Part shown: positions 9,901 to 18,409 of the stretch, piece after piece | Layout: the number at the start of each line of letters is the position of its first letter | How positions within the stretch are numbered: the first letter of the stretch is position 1 | NCBI GenBank assembly: GCA_963816145.1 | Contig: CAWFJP010000030.1 | Coordinates: forward strand, 480,001 to 544,000 | DNA: 64,000 bases | Origin: an uncultured delta proteobacterium | GTDB lineage: Bacteria; Desulfobacterota; Binatia; UBA9968 | Direction of reading: 5' to 3' | The notes under the pieces: model-generated | What the model was told of the DNA's origin: nothing | The model's input: only the letters and a program-made list of their open reading frames with translations | Database searches by the model: none | Program-made: the position numbers and the translations under genes

Positions 9901-10044
9901 CTCAGTGACGGCATAAGTAATATACTCGACGCCGAACCGTCAACGGCTCGGGCTGACAATCTATCGCTTGACGCGGCCGATCCACTTGACCGCCATCCCC
10001 AAACCGGACTAAGTTAATGGCAAATCCAAACGACGAGGTGACCC

Positions 10045-10452
10045 ATGGCACAAGACGCAATTGAATTTCGACATAAGATCCCCGAGTTCGAGGGGCCCAA
10101 AAAGACTTGGCAAGTTTGCACCAGCGACTTGATGAAGGTCCAAGTCCAGGTGGTAAAAGACGGCGGCGAAAACAACCTGCACACGCATACCGGCGAGGAC
10201 GCCTTCTGGTACGTCATCAGCGGCGCCGTGAGATTTTACGGCGAAGGCGACAAAGTGATCGGCGAATACCAGAAAGGCGAAGGCCTCCTGGTGCCGCGCG
10301 GTTTTAAATACTGGTTCGAAAGCGCCTCGAGCGATGTGCTGGAAATTCTCCGCGTCACCGCCAAGGACCAGAGCATCGACAATAAGCGCGTTGATCTGTC
10401 GCCGCAAAAAGATTGGATGATTCAGCAGAATACCTTCGGCGCGCGGCAATAA
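10045..10452 (+). CDS. Cupin-domain protein
   Basis: GGENNLHTHTGED..WYVISG..VPRGFKYWF; GAGGTG RBS. Confidence 0.85.
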   Translation: MAQDAIEFRHKIPEFEGPKKTWQVCTSDLMKVQVQVVKDGGENNLHTHTGEDAFWYVISGAVRFYGEGDKVIGEYQKGEGLLVPRGFKYWFESASSDVLEILRVTAKDQSIDNKRVDLSPQKDWMIQQNTFGARQ

Positions 10453-10461
10453 CTAGAATAC

Positions 10462-10528
10462 CGTAAGGGGTTAGGGGTGAGGCGTTAGGGCGTGTCCGCC
10501 CCAACCCTTTACCCCTTACCCTTCACCA
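10462..10528. repeat. Inverted heptamer arrays (GGGGT(A/T)A / TTACCCC-like)
   Basis: gtaaggggttaggggtgaggcgttagggc ... ccctttaccccttacccttcac. Confidence 0.7.
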
Positions 10529-10551
10529 CTAACCAACGCGCTGTAGCGCGG

Positions 10552-10846
10552 CTATTTCCCAATTTCCAACTCCCTCAGAGCCTGGCGCGCCAGGGAGAAA
10601 TCCCGCACTTCGTCGAGCGGCCGCTTCTTATCGCCCAACGTAATCATCGGCGCCTCGAGTTCGGCGTCGCTCATCAAGCCGTCTCGGCTCAAACCTTTCA
10701 ATTCGTATTCGTAGAAATGGGCCGCCACTTCCGGCGTCTGCGGCCACTATTGCAGCAAAGATTGGAGGGTTTTGTGTTGATTTTCCAGGAAATCACGCCA
10801 TGGCCCATATGATCTTCGCTTCTAGCGCTGCGCCGGGTTTTTTAAT
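10552..10846 (-). pseudogene. C-terminal remnant of an NMT1-like SBP paralogous to 13235-14185
   Basis: Translates to ..PQTPEVAAHFYEYELKGLSRDGLMSDAELEAPMITLGDKKRPLDEVRDFSLARQALRELEIGK*, sharing LGDKKRPLDEVRDFS; stops upstream. Confidence 0.8.
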
Positions 10847-10881
10847 ATATCTGCGTAAACTTGCACTTAGGGGGATTCCCG

Positions 10882-11868
10882 ATGGGTTCACGTGCCAATC
10901 GTTTCGTTTGCATTGCCGTACTGCTAACCATCTTCTGCGCGTATACCAGCGCGCGCAGCGCCGAGCTGATCCCTCTGCGCGCGACCTATGCCTCCGTCGG
11001 CGGCGCCTTTGCCCCGCTTTGGATCGCCCAGGATAAAGGCGTCTTCAACAAATATGGCCTAGCCGTCGACCTCAAATACATGCTCTCGGCCACCGGCACC
11101 CAAGCGTTGCTGTCGGGCAGCGTCGACATCGTCAATCCGGCGACGGAGTTGATCGAAGCCGGCCTCGGCGGCGCCAGAGTCGCTTTCATCATCGGCATCC
11201 TCAATCGTGCCGTGTTGTCGATTTACAGCAAGCCGGAGTTCAAACAACTCACGGATTTGAAAGGCAAGGTCCTCGGCGTAACGCTGCCCGGCTCGACAAC
11301 CGATCTGGCCGCGCGGATGCTGCTCCAGCAAGCCGGCATGATCCCAGGCAAAGACATCCAGATCACTCATTTGCAAGGCATGCCCGACATGATCACGGCG
11401 TTAAGCCAGGGGCGCATCGACGCCGGCATCGTTTCCGCGCCGACGACGCTCAAGGCCAAGCAAGCCGGTATGAAAGAACTGGTCGATATCACGGCGCGCA
11501 ACATACCCATGATCCACGCGGGGTTGGCAACGACCCGCGACTTCATCAAGAGCAATCCTGATAAATTGCGCCGCTACGTGCAGGCGTACATCGAGGCCAA
11601 CAAAATCGCCCGCACCGATGCCGAGACCACCAAGCAAGTGATCGGCAAATGGACCAAGACTGAAAACAAAGAAGACCTTGACGAAACTTACAACACCTAT
11701 ATAAAGGCCTGGGAGCAAGCGCCCTACGTTTCCGGCGCGGCAATGCAGGCGGTGTTGAATTTCGCCATCAATCCCAACGCCAAAACCGCCAAACCGGAGC
11801 AGTTTATCGACAACTCGTTTGTCGCCGAATTGGACAAGTCCGGCTTCATCAAGGAACTGTACAAATAA
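10882..11868 (+). CDS. NMT1/SsuA-like ABC substrate-binding protein
   Basis: Signal peptide, PLWIAQDKG, LKGKVLGV, LDKSGFIKELY. Confidence 0.85.
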   Translation: MGSRANRFVCIAVLLTIFCAYTSARSAELIPLRATYASVGGAFAPLWIAQDKGVFNKYGLAVDLKYMLSATGTQALLSGSVDIVNPATELIEAGLGGARVAFIIGILNRAVLSIYSKPEFKQLTDLKGKVLGVTLPGSTTDLAARMLLQQAGMIPGKDIQITHLQGMPDMITALSQGRIDAGIVSAPTTLKAKQAGMKELVDITARNIPMIHAGLATTRDFIKSNPDKLRRYVQAYIEANKIARTDAETTKQVIGKWTKTENKEDLDETYNTYIKAWEQAPYVSGAAMQAVLNFAINPNAKTAKPEQFIDNSFVAELDKSGFIKELYK

Positions 11869-11886
11869 GAGGGAAAATCCTCTTTC

Positions 11887-11968
11887 ACCACGAAGACACG
11901 AAGAACACGAAGGAAAAACATAACTTAATTTTCCGCACTTCGTGCTCCTTCGTGCCCTTCGCGGTGAA
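11887..11968. repeat. CACCACGAAG..CTTCGTG palindromic repeat
   Basis: caccacgaagacacgaagaacacgaag ... cttcgtgctccttcgtgcccttcgcggtg. Confidence 0.85.
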
Positions 11969-12003
11969 CAGATCGGTGCGCATTAGTAACCAGGAAAAAC
12001 CCC

Positions 12004-13143
12004 TTGGACTTCGGCTTCACTCAAGAACAGCAACGGCTGATCGAGCGCGTCAGCGCTCTGGTCAGCGATCGCATCGCGCCGCGGGCGGCAGGCTACGACG
12101 CCGATTTCGCGGCGCCGCTCGACGACATCCGCGATCTCCATCGCGAAGGCTGGCTGCTCGCCAATCTCGATCCGCGGCGCGGCGGCCTCGGCTTCGGTCT
12201 ATACGGCGACGATCCGCTGAGTTTTTTTCTCATCGACGAACACTTGGCCTACGGCAATCCCTCGACTGCCCACTGCTTCCAAGTGCACAACAACGCCCTG
12301 ATGATGATCGATGCCATGGCGAGCGACGGCCAAATCGAAAACTGGATCGAGCCAACGATCGCGCGCGCCGCCTTGATCCCCGGCGCCGGCGCCGAGCCCT
12401 TCGGCGTGCCGCCGACGATTGCGACGAAAGTTGCCGGCGGTTATCTGGTCAGCGGCACCAAACACTACGCCACCAATGCCAGCATGGCCGAGTGGCTTTG
12501 GCTCGGCCGGGTGGCTTCGGATTCTCATCCAAAGCCGATCATGCTGATGCTGCACAAAGACACGCCGGGCTTGACGATCGACAGCGGCGCGTGGCGCCCC
12601 ACCGGCATGCGCGCCTGCGTCAGCCCTTGGCTCTATTTAAATGATTGTTTCGTGCCCGAAGAAAATCTTTTGGGCCGGCCGGGGCAGTTCCTCGATGAAA
12701 ACTGGATGGGAAAAATAAACTTCGCCTTCACGGCCAATTATCTCGGCGCGGCGCGGGCGATGTACGATTGGTCGCTGGCCTATATCCGCGAACGCAACGG
12801 CGGTAAAGACAGCTACCGCCAGCTGCGCTTCGGCGAGCTAAAATCCCTGCTCGACGCCGCCAGACTGATTCTCTACAACGCCGTGCGCATGTTCAAGAAG
12901 AGCCCGGATCAGGCAATGATCGCCGCCCACGAAGCCAAGTGGATGGCCAAAGAGACTTTGGAGAAAGTGATGTGGAGCGCCGGCGAAATCTGCGGCTCCA
13001 CCGCGCTCTTCGTCAACCATCCATTGGAGCGTTTCTACCGCGACATGCATTTGCACATGATGCATGGCCGGCACGATATCGCCGCGCAAATCGTCGGCGC
13101 TGCGGAACTAGGCGAGGAATACGACACGAATCGAAATCACTGA
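12004..13143 (+). CDS. Acyl-CoA dehydrogenase-family flavoprotein
   Basis: MDFGFTQEQ, SGTKHYATN, LERFYRD; TTG start. Confidence 0.85.
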   Translation: MDFGFTQEQQRLIERVSALVSDRIAPRAAGYDADFAAPLDDIRDLHREGWLLANLDPRRGGLGFGLYGDDPLSFFLIDEHLAYGNPSTAHCFQVHNNALMMIDAMASDGQIENWIEPTIARAALIPGAGAEPFGVPPTIATKVAGGYLVSGTKHYATNASMAEWLWLGRVASDSHPKPIMLMLHKDTPGLTIDSGAWRPTGMRACVSPWLYLNDCFVPEENLLGRPGQFLDENWMGKINFAFTANYLGAARAMYDWSLAYIRERNGGKDSYRQLRFGELKSLLDAARLILYNAVRMFKKSPDQAMIAAHEAKWMAKETLEKVMWSAGEICGSTALFVNHPLERFYRDMHLHMMHGRHDIAAQIVGAAELGEEYDTNRNH

Positions 13144-13159
13144 GCCCGCGCCGCGCGGG

Positions 13160-13231
13160 CGTTCCAATCGTTCAAAACGTTCCAGCCGTTCAAGCCCTCA
13201 CCCTGCCCTCTCCCGCGTCGCGGGAGAGGGT
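13160..13231. repeat. GTTC(C)A 9-mer array plus CCCTC palindrome
   Basis: gttccaatcgttcaaaacgttccagccgttcaa then ccctcaccctgccctctcccgcgtcgcgggagaggg. Confidence 0.75.
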
Positions 13232-13234
13232 TCT

Positions 13235-14185
13235 CTATTTCAGTCCCAGTTCCTTGAACGCGTCTCGGGCAAAGGAGAAATCGCGCACTTCGTCGAGCGG
13301 CCGTTTTTTGTCGCCAAGTCTTTCGATGATCGCGTTAATTTCGGCGTCGGTCATGGTGCCGTCGCGATTGAGACCGGTCTTGAGCTCGGCATCATAGGAG
13401 TGCTCCGCGATATCGAGGGGCTGCGGCAGCCACTTGATCAGCGTCTGAAGAGAATCCTGGCGATTCTCCAGAATATGTTGGTGGGCCCGGAGGAGCGCTT
13501 TGAGCGTGCGCCGGACCAGCTGGGGATTTTCCTTGAGCAATTTATCCGAGGTCAGCATGCCCGCGGAGGGCAGACCAACTTCCGGCGGACCGAGAAGCGC
13601 GTTGTAGCCCATCTTGCGCAGCATCAGGTCGTGCGGCGGCGCCAGACAAACCGACTCTACCGCGCCGCTAATCAGCGCCTGCATGCGCACCGGCCCGTCG
13701 CCGATGGCGACGGATTGGATCTGGCTAATGTTGAAACCCTTGGCTTGCAACATCTCCTCGGCAACCAATTGATCCGTTCCTTTGATCGTTGCCACGCCAA
13801 GCTTTTTGCCGCGAAGTTGTTGCACCTCTTTGATCTCGGGCCGCACCATTAAGAAATACGGCCCTTTCTTGATGTGCACGAAAGCGAGCTTGATCGGCAG
13901 TCCCTGAAGCGCGCCGCGAAAAACACTGGTGAACGGCGTGGCGAAGGCGACCTCGCCGCTGGTCACCGCCGCCGCACCCAGTCGAGGGTTCATCTGGATG
14001 ATCTCGACGTCGAGGCCCTGTTCTTTGAAGAAGCCCTTTTGCAGCGCCATGTATTGCGGCAGCGCCGAGCTGCTCCGGCTCGCATAGGCGATGCGGACTT
14101 TGGGCGCCTCGGCGCCGTATCCGGCTACGGTCAGCGCTAGAAACCCAACAACCACCGCGGTGAGAACCAATTTACTTCGCATCAT
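13235..14185 (-). CDS. NMT1/SsuA-like ABC substrate-binding protein
   Basis: Signal peptide; GFFKEQGLDVEI; LRGKKLGV. Confidence 0.85.
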   Translation of the reverse strand: MMRSKLVLTAVVVGFLALTVAGYGAEAPKVRIAYASRSSSALPQYMALQKGFFKEQGLDVEIIQMNPRLGAAAVTSGEVAFATPFTSVFRGALQGLPIKLAFVHIKKGPYFLMVRPEIKEVQQLRGKKLGVATIKGTDQLVAEEMLQAKGFNISQIQSVAIGDGPVRMQALISGAVESVCLAPPHDLMLRKMGYNALLGPPEVGLPSAGMLTSDKLLKENPQLVRRTLKALLRAHQHILENRQDSLQTLIKWLPQPLDIAEHSYDAELKTGLNRDGTMTDAEINAIIERLGDKKRPLDEVRDFSFARDAFKELGLK

Positions 14186-14193
14186 GATACACC

Positions 14194-15159
14194 TCACTGA
14201 ATCCCCAACTCCTTCTGTGCTTCTCGCAGCAGCGTGTAGTCGACCAGCCGCTCCGGCGGAAAGTCGACGTTCTTGCCCACCGCGGTGCCCAGGGTCTCGA
14301 TCATATTCCTGAGCCCTTTGTCTGTGGCCAAGCCGTTCTCGCTCATCGCCGGCACGAGCGATGTATAGACCTTGTCGGCCACCGTCTCTTGCAGCTTATA
14401 ATCTTTGGCGATGAAGCGCACCGTGTCGGCGCGATTTTTGAGAGTGAACTGCAAGCCGCGCAAGGTGCCGCGCAACAAACGCTTGATCAGCTCGCGCTTG
14501 TTCTTGAGTGTCGCATCGGAAACCGTAAAGCCGCTCTGAGGAAATTCCAAATAATCGCCGGTGTAAGCGAGCACGCGCAGCCCCATCTGTTCAGCGTAAA
14601 TGTTGAACGGCGGCGACAGCGTGGTCGCGTCCATCGACCCCGCCTTCAATCCCTGCAAACGCGTCGCCGTCGATCCGGCCACGATGCGCTTGATATCCTT
14701 GTCGGGGTCGAGCTTGCCGCTCCGGGCATAAACTTTCATCGCCAGGTCGGTATCGCTGCCAAACGAACTGATGCCGATGGTCTTGCCGCGCAGGTCGGCG
14801 GCACTGCGGATCTCCGGCTTGGCCACGACATAGAATGTCGGCTTTTTGAAGAGCCATATTACCGTGCGCACCGGCACGTTCTGGCTGGCGATCGCCCGTG
14901 ACGCCGTGCCGACACAACCGCTCGCCTGCAAGTCGCCGGTCAGCAGGGCGGTCACGGCGACATCGCACTTCGTGTGCAATAATTTCACGTCGAGCCCGAG
15001 TTCACGGAAAAAGCCGCGCTCGATAGCCAGATCGAAATGAAAAAAATTCAGGCTCTTGCCTGGATTACCGATGAAAACCTCTTCGCCCCACCCCTGAGAG
15101 CCCCACAGCAATGCGAGCATGACGAGACAAAGATATGCGATATGTCTAGCGTTCAACAT
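14194..15159 (-). CDS. NMT1/SsuA-like ABC substrate-binding protein
   Basis: GFFRELGLDV; LRGKTIGISSFGSDTD; start chosen at MLNARH. Confidence 0.85.
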   Translation of the reverse strand: MLNARHIAYLCLVMLALLWGSQGWGEEVFIGNPGKSLNFFHFDLAIERGFFRELGLDVKLLHTKCDVAVTALLTGDLQASGCVGTASRAIASQNVPVRTVIWLFKKPTFYVVAKPEIRSAADLRGKTIGISSFGSDTDLAMKVYARSGKLDPDKDIKRIVAGSTATRLQGLKAGSMDATTLSPPFNIYAEQMGLRVLAYTGDYLEFPQSGFTVSDATLKNKRELIKRLLRGTLRGLQFTLKNRADTVRFIAKDYKLQETVADKVYTSLVPAMSENGLATDKGLRNMIETLGTAVGKNVDFPPERLVDYTLLREAQKELGIQ

Positions 15160-15176
15160 GCGTTGTCCCCAACCGC

Positions 15177-15258
15177 GGAGTGATGGAGTACTGAAACGTT
15201 GGAGAAGTGGGCAGGACCCATCATTCCAGTACGCCATTTCTCCAACACTCCAGTCTCC
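15177..15258. repeat. Inverted octamer arrays (TGGAGTAx / xTACTCCA)
   Basis: ggagtgatggagtactg..tggag ... cattccagtacgcca..ctccaacactcca; related at 47708 and 52172. Confidence 0.7.
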
Positions 15259-16349
15259 TAAACCGCATAGAACGCCCGCGGATTGTCGTACAAGATTTTC
15301 TGCCGCAATCGCGGCGCAATATCTTCGCGAACGTTGAGTGCGTTGACGAACTGATCTTCGCGCGACGGATCGTTATGCGGATAGTCGGAACCGATCAACA
15401 GATGATCTTCACCGGTGTATTTGGCGATATAGGGAATATCCTCGTCGGCTTCGCAGGCGATATAGAGCCGGTATTCGCGGAACAGATCGGCGGCAGTGCC
15501 GTATTTGAAACGATCTTTGAGCAGCCGGCGGATGATGTGAATCAGAAACGGCGCCCATCCCGCCGCCGCTTCGATGAAGCCGAAACGCAAACCAGGGAAC
15601 TGTTCGGGAATCCGGTTGGCGACCAGATCGCGAAACGCCAACAGTGGCATCACCCGGGTGTGGCCAAAGGTATGGTTGCGCGCGAGATCGAACATCTCCA
15701 ATATCTGCTTCACGCCGCAGCCGGTGTGCACGCAGATCGACAGATTGTGTTTCTGCGCTTCCTCGTAGACGGGGAAAAGATACGGATGGTCGAGCGTGTA
15801 CTCGCCTTCGATGCCGCGGAAGAACACCCCCACCGCGCCGTTCTGCTTGGCAAAGCGGATTTCGTCGATGGCGGCATTCATCGATTGCAACGGCAAGACC
15901 ACCACCCACTTCATCAGCCCGCCCGACTCGGCGCAGGCCTGAGCGAGGAAGCGATTGTAGGCGCGGCACAGCGCCACTTCCAGCTCTTTGTCCTTGGTGT
16001 TGTAGACCAGAAATAAGGTTGGATAGACGATCTGCATCGCCGTATTGAGCTTTTCCATGTCGGCCAGCCGGCCCTTGATATCGGTCATCTCGCGCGTTGC
16101 CGGCGTCGAGTCCTTGCGCCCCGCCTGGACCTTCTGCTCCGACGGCGTGACTAGCGCAAAGCTGCCTTTGCCGGCCGGCTTGGGAAAGATCTCGCCATCG
16201 ATTAGCCAAAATGCGTTGCGGTTGCCGTACCAGGTGTCGTCCGGCACCTGCAACATGATCGGCCGGCGCAGCTGCATCGCCTGATCCATCAGCGCCCACA
16301 TCGCAGCGCCTTCGGATATATGCGTGTCGGCGTCGATTATTCCTTTCAT
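15258..16349 (-). CDS. Amidohydrolase_2 family (LigW/ACMSD-like decarboxylase/hydratase)
   Basis: IDADTH, YPT, RAYN, VHTG, FIEAAAGW, GSDYPH, DNPRAFY. Confidence 0.85.
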   Translation of the reverse strand: MKGIIDADTHISEGAAMWALMDQAMQLRRPIMLQVPDDTWYGNRNAFWLIDGEIFPKPAGKGSFALVTPSEQKVQAGRKDSTPATREMTDIKGRLADMEKLNTAMQIVYPTLFLVYNTKDKELEVALCRAYNRFLAQACAESGGLMKWVVVLPLQSMNAAIDEIRFAKQNGAVGVFFRGIEGEYTLDHPYLFPVYEEAQKHNLSICVHTGCGVKQILEMFDLARNHTFGHTRVMPLLAFRDLVANRIPEQFPGLRFGFIEAAAGWAPFLIHIIRRLLKDRFKYGTAADLFREYRLYIACEADEDIPYIAKYTGEDHLLIGSDYPHNDPSREDQFVNALNVREDIAPRLRQKILYDNPRAFYAV

Positions 16350-16432
16350 CACTCACCTCCAAAAAACATCTCAGCGGCAAGCGAAACTGCAAGCCGCCAA
16401 GGCCAATAAAGCCGAAGATGCAAAGACCACAC

Positions 16433-16714
16433 TCACCACGAAGGCACGAAGGACACGAAGGTTTCGGATATTTTTTATTCCGAACTTCGTGATTTTTGTG
16501 TCTTCTTAGGAAACGCATGTGCAGGTACGATCTGGGCGACGAAATGGCATGAGGCTTCCGTCATACCGGCGAAAGTCGGTATCCAGCCCCTCCCTCCCCT
16601 GGATGCCGGCCTGCGCCGGCATGACGAATCAAGGGAGCAACCCTGTGGTGCTGGGAGAACTGCAATTTCATACTCTTCTGTAGACGAGCGTAAGCTCATG
16701 GACACTTCGTTGTG
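16433..16714 (-). mobile_element. Second, inverted copy of the composite repeat at 2988-3261
   Basis: Reverse complement matches over ~190 bp (16505-16704) and sits in the same CACGAAG palindrome family. Confidence 0.75.
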
Positions 16715-16730
16715 ACATCAGACCGTCTCA

Positions 16731-17582
16731 CTAAAACAAATTGTGCTCGATTGACAAATAAAGAATTGCACCCAGATTGGGGGTGTTGCGATTGAGACCG
16801 ACCGGCATGGCCGCGCCGGTGACGATCTGCAACTTATCCTCGTTGACAATCGCCGTCCTAAAGCCCGGCGACAGGATCGACAAGAACGATCGCTCCCTCT
16901 TGCCAACACTATCGAAGCTTTGGTCGAAGACCCCGGCCCACTCCAACATCAGATGAAAGCGTGGGAATAGTGCGTAAATCGCGCTACCGCCGAAATTAAC
17001 CAAAGTCAGAGATTTCTTTGCCGAGTTGCCATCAGTGTTCGCCGGCGCTTTGACATGCGGAAAGAAAGTCGCACCGACGTTGCCATTAAGCCCGATCCGG
17101 TCGGTAATCTTCTTGCTGACTGGCAAGTTCAACTGATATCCGAACACGTTATTGCCGTTGTGTCTTTTGCGATCGCCGGTTGGGAAGATCAGACTAAAAC
17201 GCGGCGCCACCGCGGGCTGGAGATCGCCTTCGTAAAGCAACTGGTATCGATAGTTAAGCAGGACATCACCGAGGCCCGAGACACGCGAACCATCGTCGAC
17301 CAGATGGTAAGATGGGATGGTGTACGAAATCTGATGATCCTGAGAGAACACCGGCCATTCTTGCGTAAAAGTAAATCCCCACCCATGCGTACCGCCTGAC
17401 TTCACGTACGTAGCAGTGAAAATATTCTGCACCACGCCGGCTTCTTGGTTGTAAGCTTCTTCGACGAGATAACTATTGTCCTCGATTACATCGATCGGTC
17501 TTTCATCCGCCGCGTTCACGCTACTGGCTAGCCACATCACTACCGCCAGTGCTGCGCCAGCACACCTGTTGTACCGCATCAT
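16731..17582 (-). CDS. Putative outer-membrane beta-barrel / transporter
   Basis: Signal peptide, DNSYLVEEAYNQE, GLGDVLLNYRYQ, amphipathic strands, C-terminal Phe. Confidence 0.65.
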   Translation of the reverse strand: MMRYNRCAGAALAVVMWLASSVNAADERPIDVIEDNSYLVEEAYNQEAGVVQNIFTATYVKSGGTHGWGFTFTQEWPVFSQDHQISYTIPSYHLVDDGSRVSGLGDVLLNYRYQLLYEGDLQPAVAPRFSLIFPTGDRKRHNGNNVFGYQLNLPVSKKITDRIGLNGNVGATFFPHVKAPANTDGNSAKKSLTLVNFGGSAIYALFPRFHLMLEWAGVFDQSFDSVGKRERSFLSILSPGFRTAIVNEDKLQIVTGAAMPVGLNRNTPNLGAILYLSIEHNLF

Positions 17583-17636
17583 ACCCCCAATTTACGTATT
17601 AGCTATTGAAAGTAGCGCAAATCGACCAATTATTGA

Positions 17637-18067
17637 ACCGTCAGAGCCTTTGCTTTGGGGGCTTTCCTTGGCTGCGGCGTCGAGTACCACTTCCATCCCT
17701 TTGAGCGTTGGCCTGCCGTCGTCAGGCGTGGCTCATATGGCACCGTTTTAGACGAATCCCATAATCCGTATTGCTGCCCAACCGGCTGATCCCGATCTTT
17801 TTCCGCTTGAGCTGCTCCGGGTTGCTAGTCCCCTCAACCGCCACGAAAGTGTCAGGCAACACATGTTTTACACCGCCAACGATTTTGATTTTGGCACCCT
17901 GCAGATAGGCACTCACGACAGGCGGACTACCGGCCAACGCCACAATACTCTTACCGATCAACCCTTGCAGCGACAGGGAGCCGCCGCGGGATATATCGAT
18001 GGATCCGTTCGCGCCCACATCGCTTCGCCTTCGGGAATACGCGATCTGCGTCAATCACACCGTCCAT
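17637..18067 (-). pseudogene. Chimeric remnant: amidohydrolase N-terminus plus internal and C-terminal fragments of an NMT1-like SBP
   Basis: RBS and ATG at 18067: MDGVIDAD-(frameshift)-RIPEGEAMWA; then LKRKKIGISRLGSNTDYGIR; then GRPTLKGMEVVLDAAAKESPKAKA. Confidence 0.7.
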
Positions 18068-18409
18068 GGTTAATCTCCCTTAAGCTGCTTCTTAAATGCA
18101 AATCGAAGTGGTCGGTTCAATAAGAACTCAGCCCTCAGGAGTAATGGATCCTGCTTAGTATGGAGAAACGGCAAGCGTCAAGAGAAGAATCCAGCATCGA
18201 AAAACTCACGGCAACGATCGGGCAAAAGAGCGCCTAGTGCAGTTTCCAAGCCGAGACAGACACGCTTGCCTTGGTAGCGGCTGTCGGGACTTCCGGAGTA
18301 TTCTTGGTATTTGTGTCATTCCCTTTAGATTTTGTTCCATCGCGGAACACGAGGATCGGCCGTAGAACTTACAAGAGGATCGTGGTACGAGACGTGCTGG
18401 TCAATCGCC

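Noticed and set aside
10462-10528. Telomere-like or G-quadruplex TTAGGG element
   Set aside because: Only degenerate heptamers paired with a complementary arm; fits the other heptamer hairpin families.
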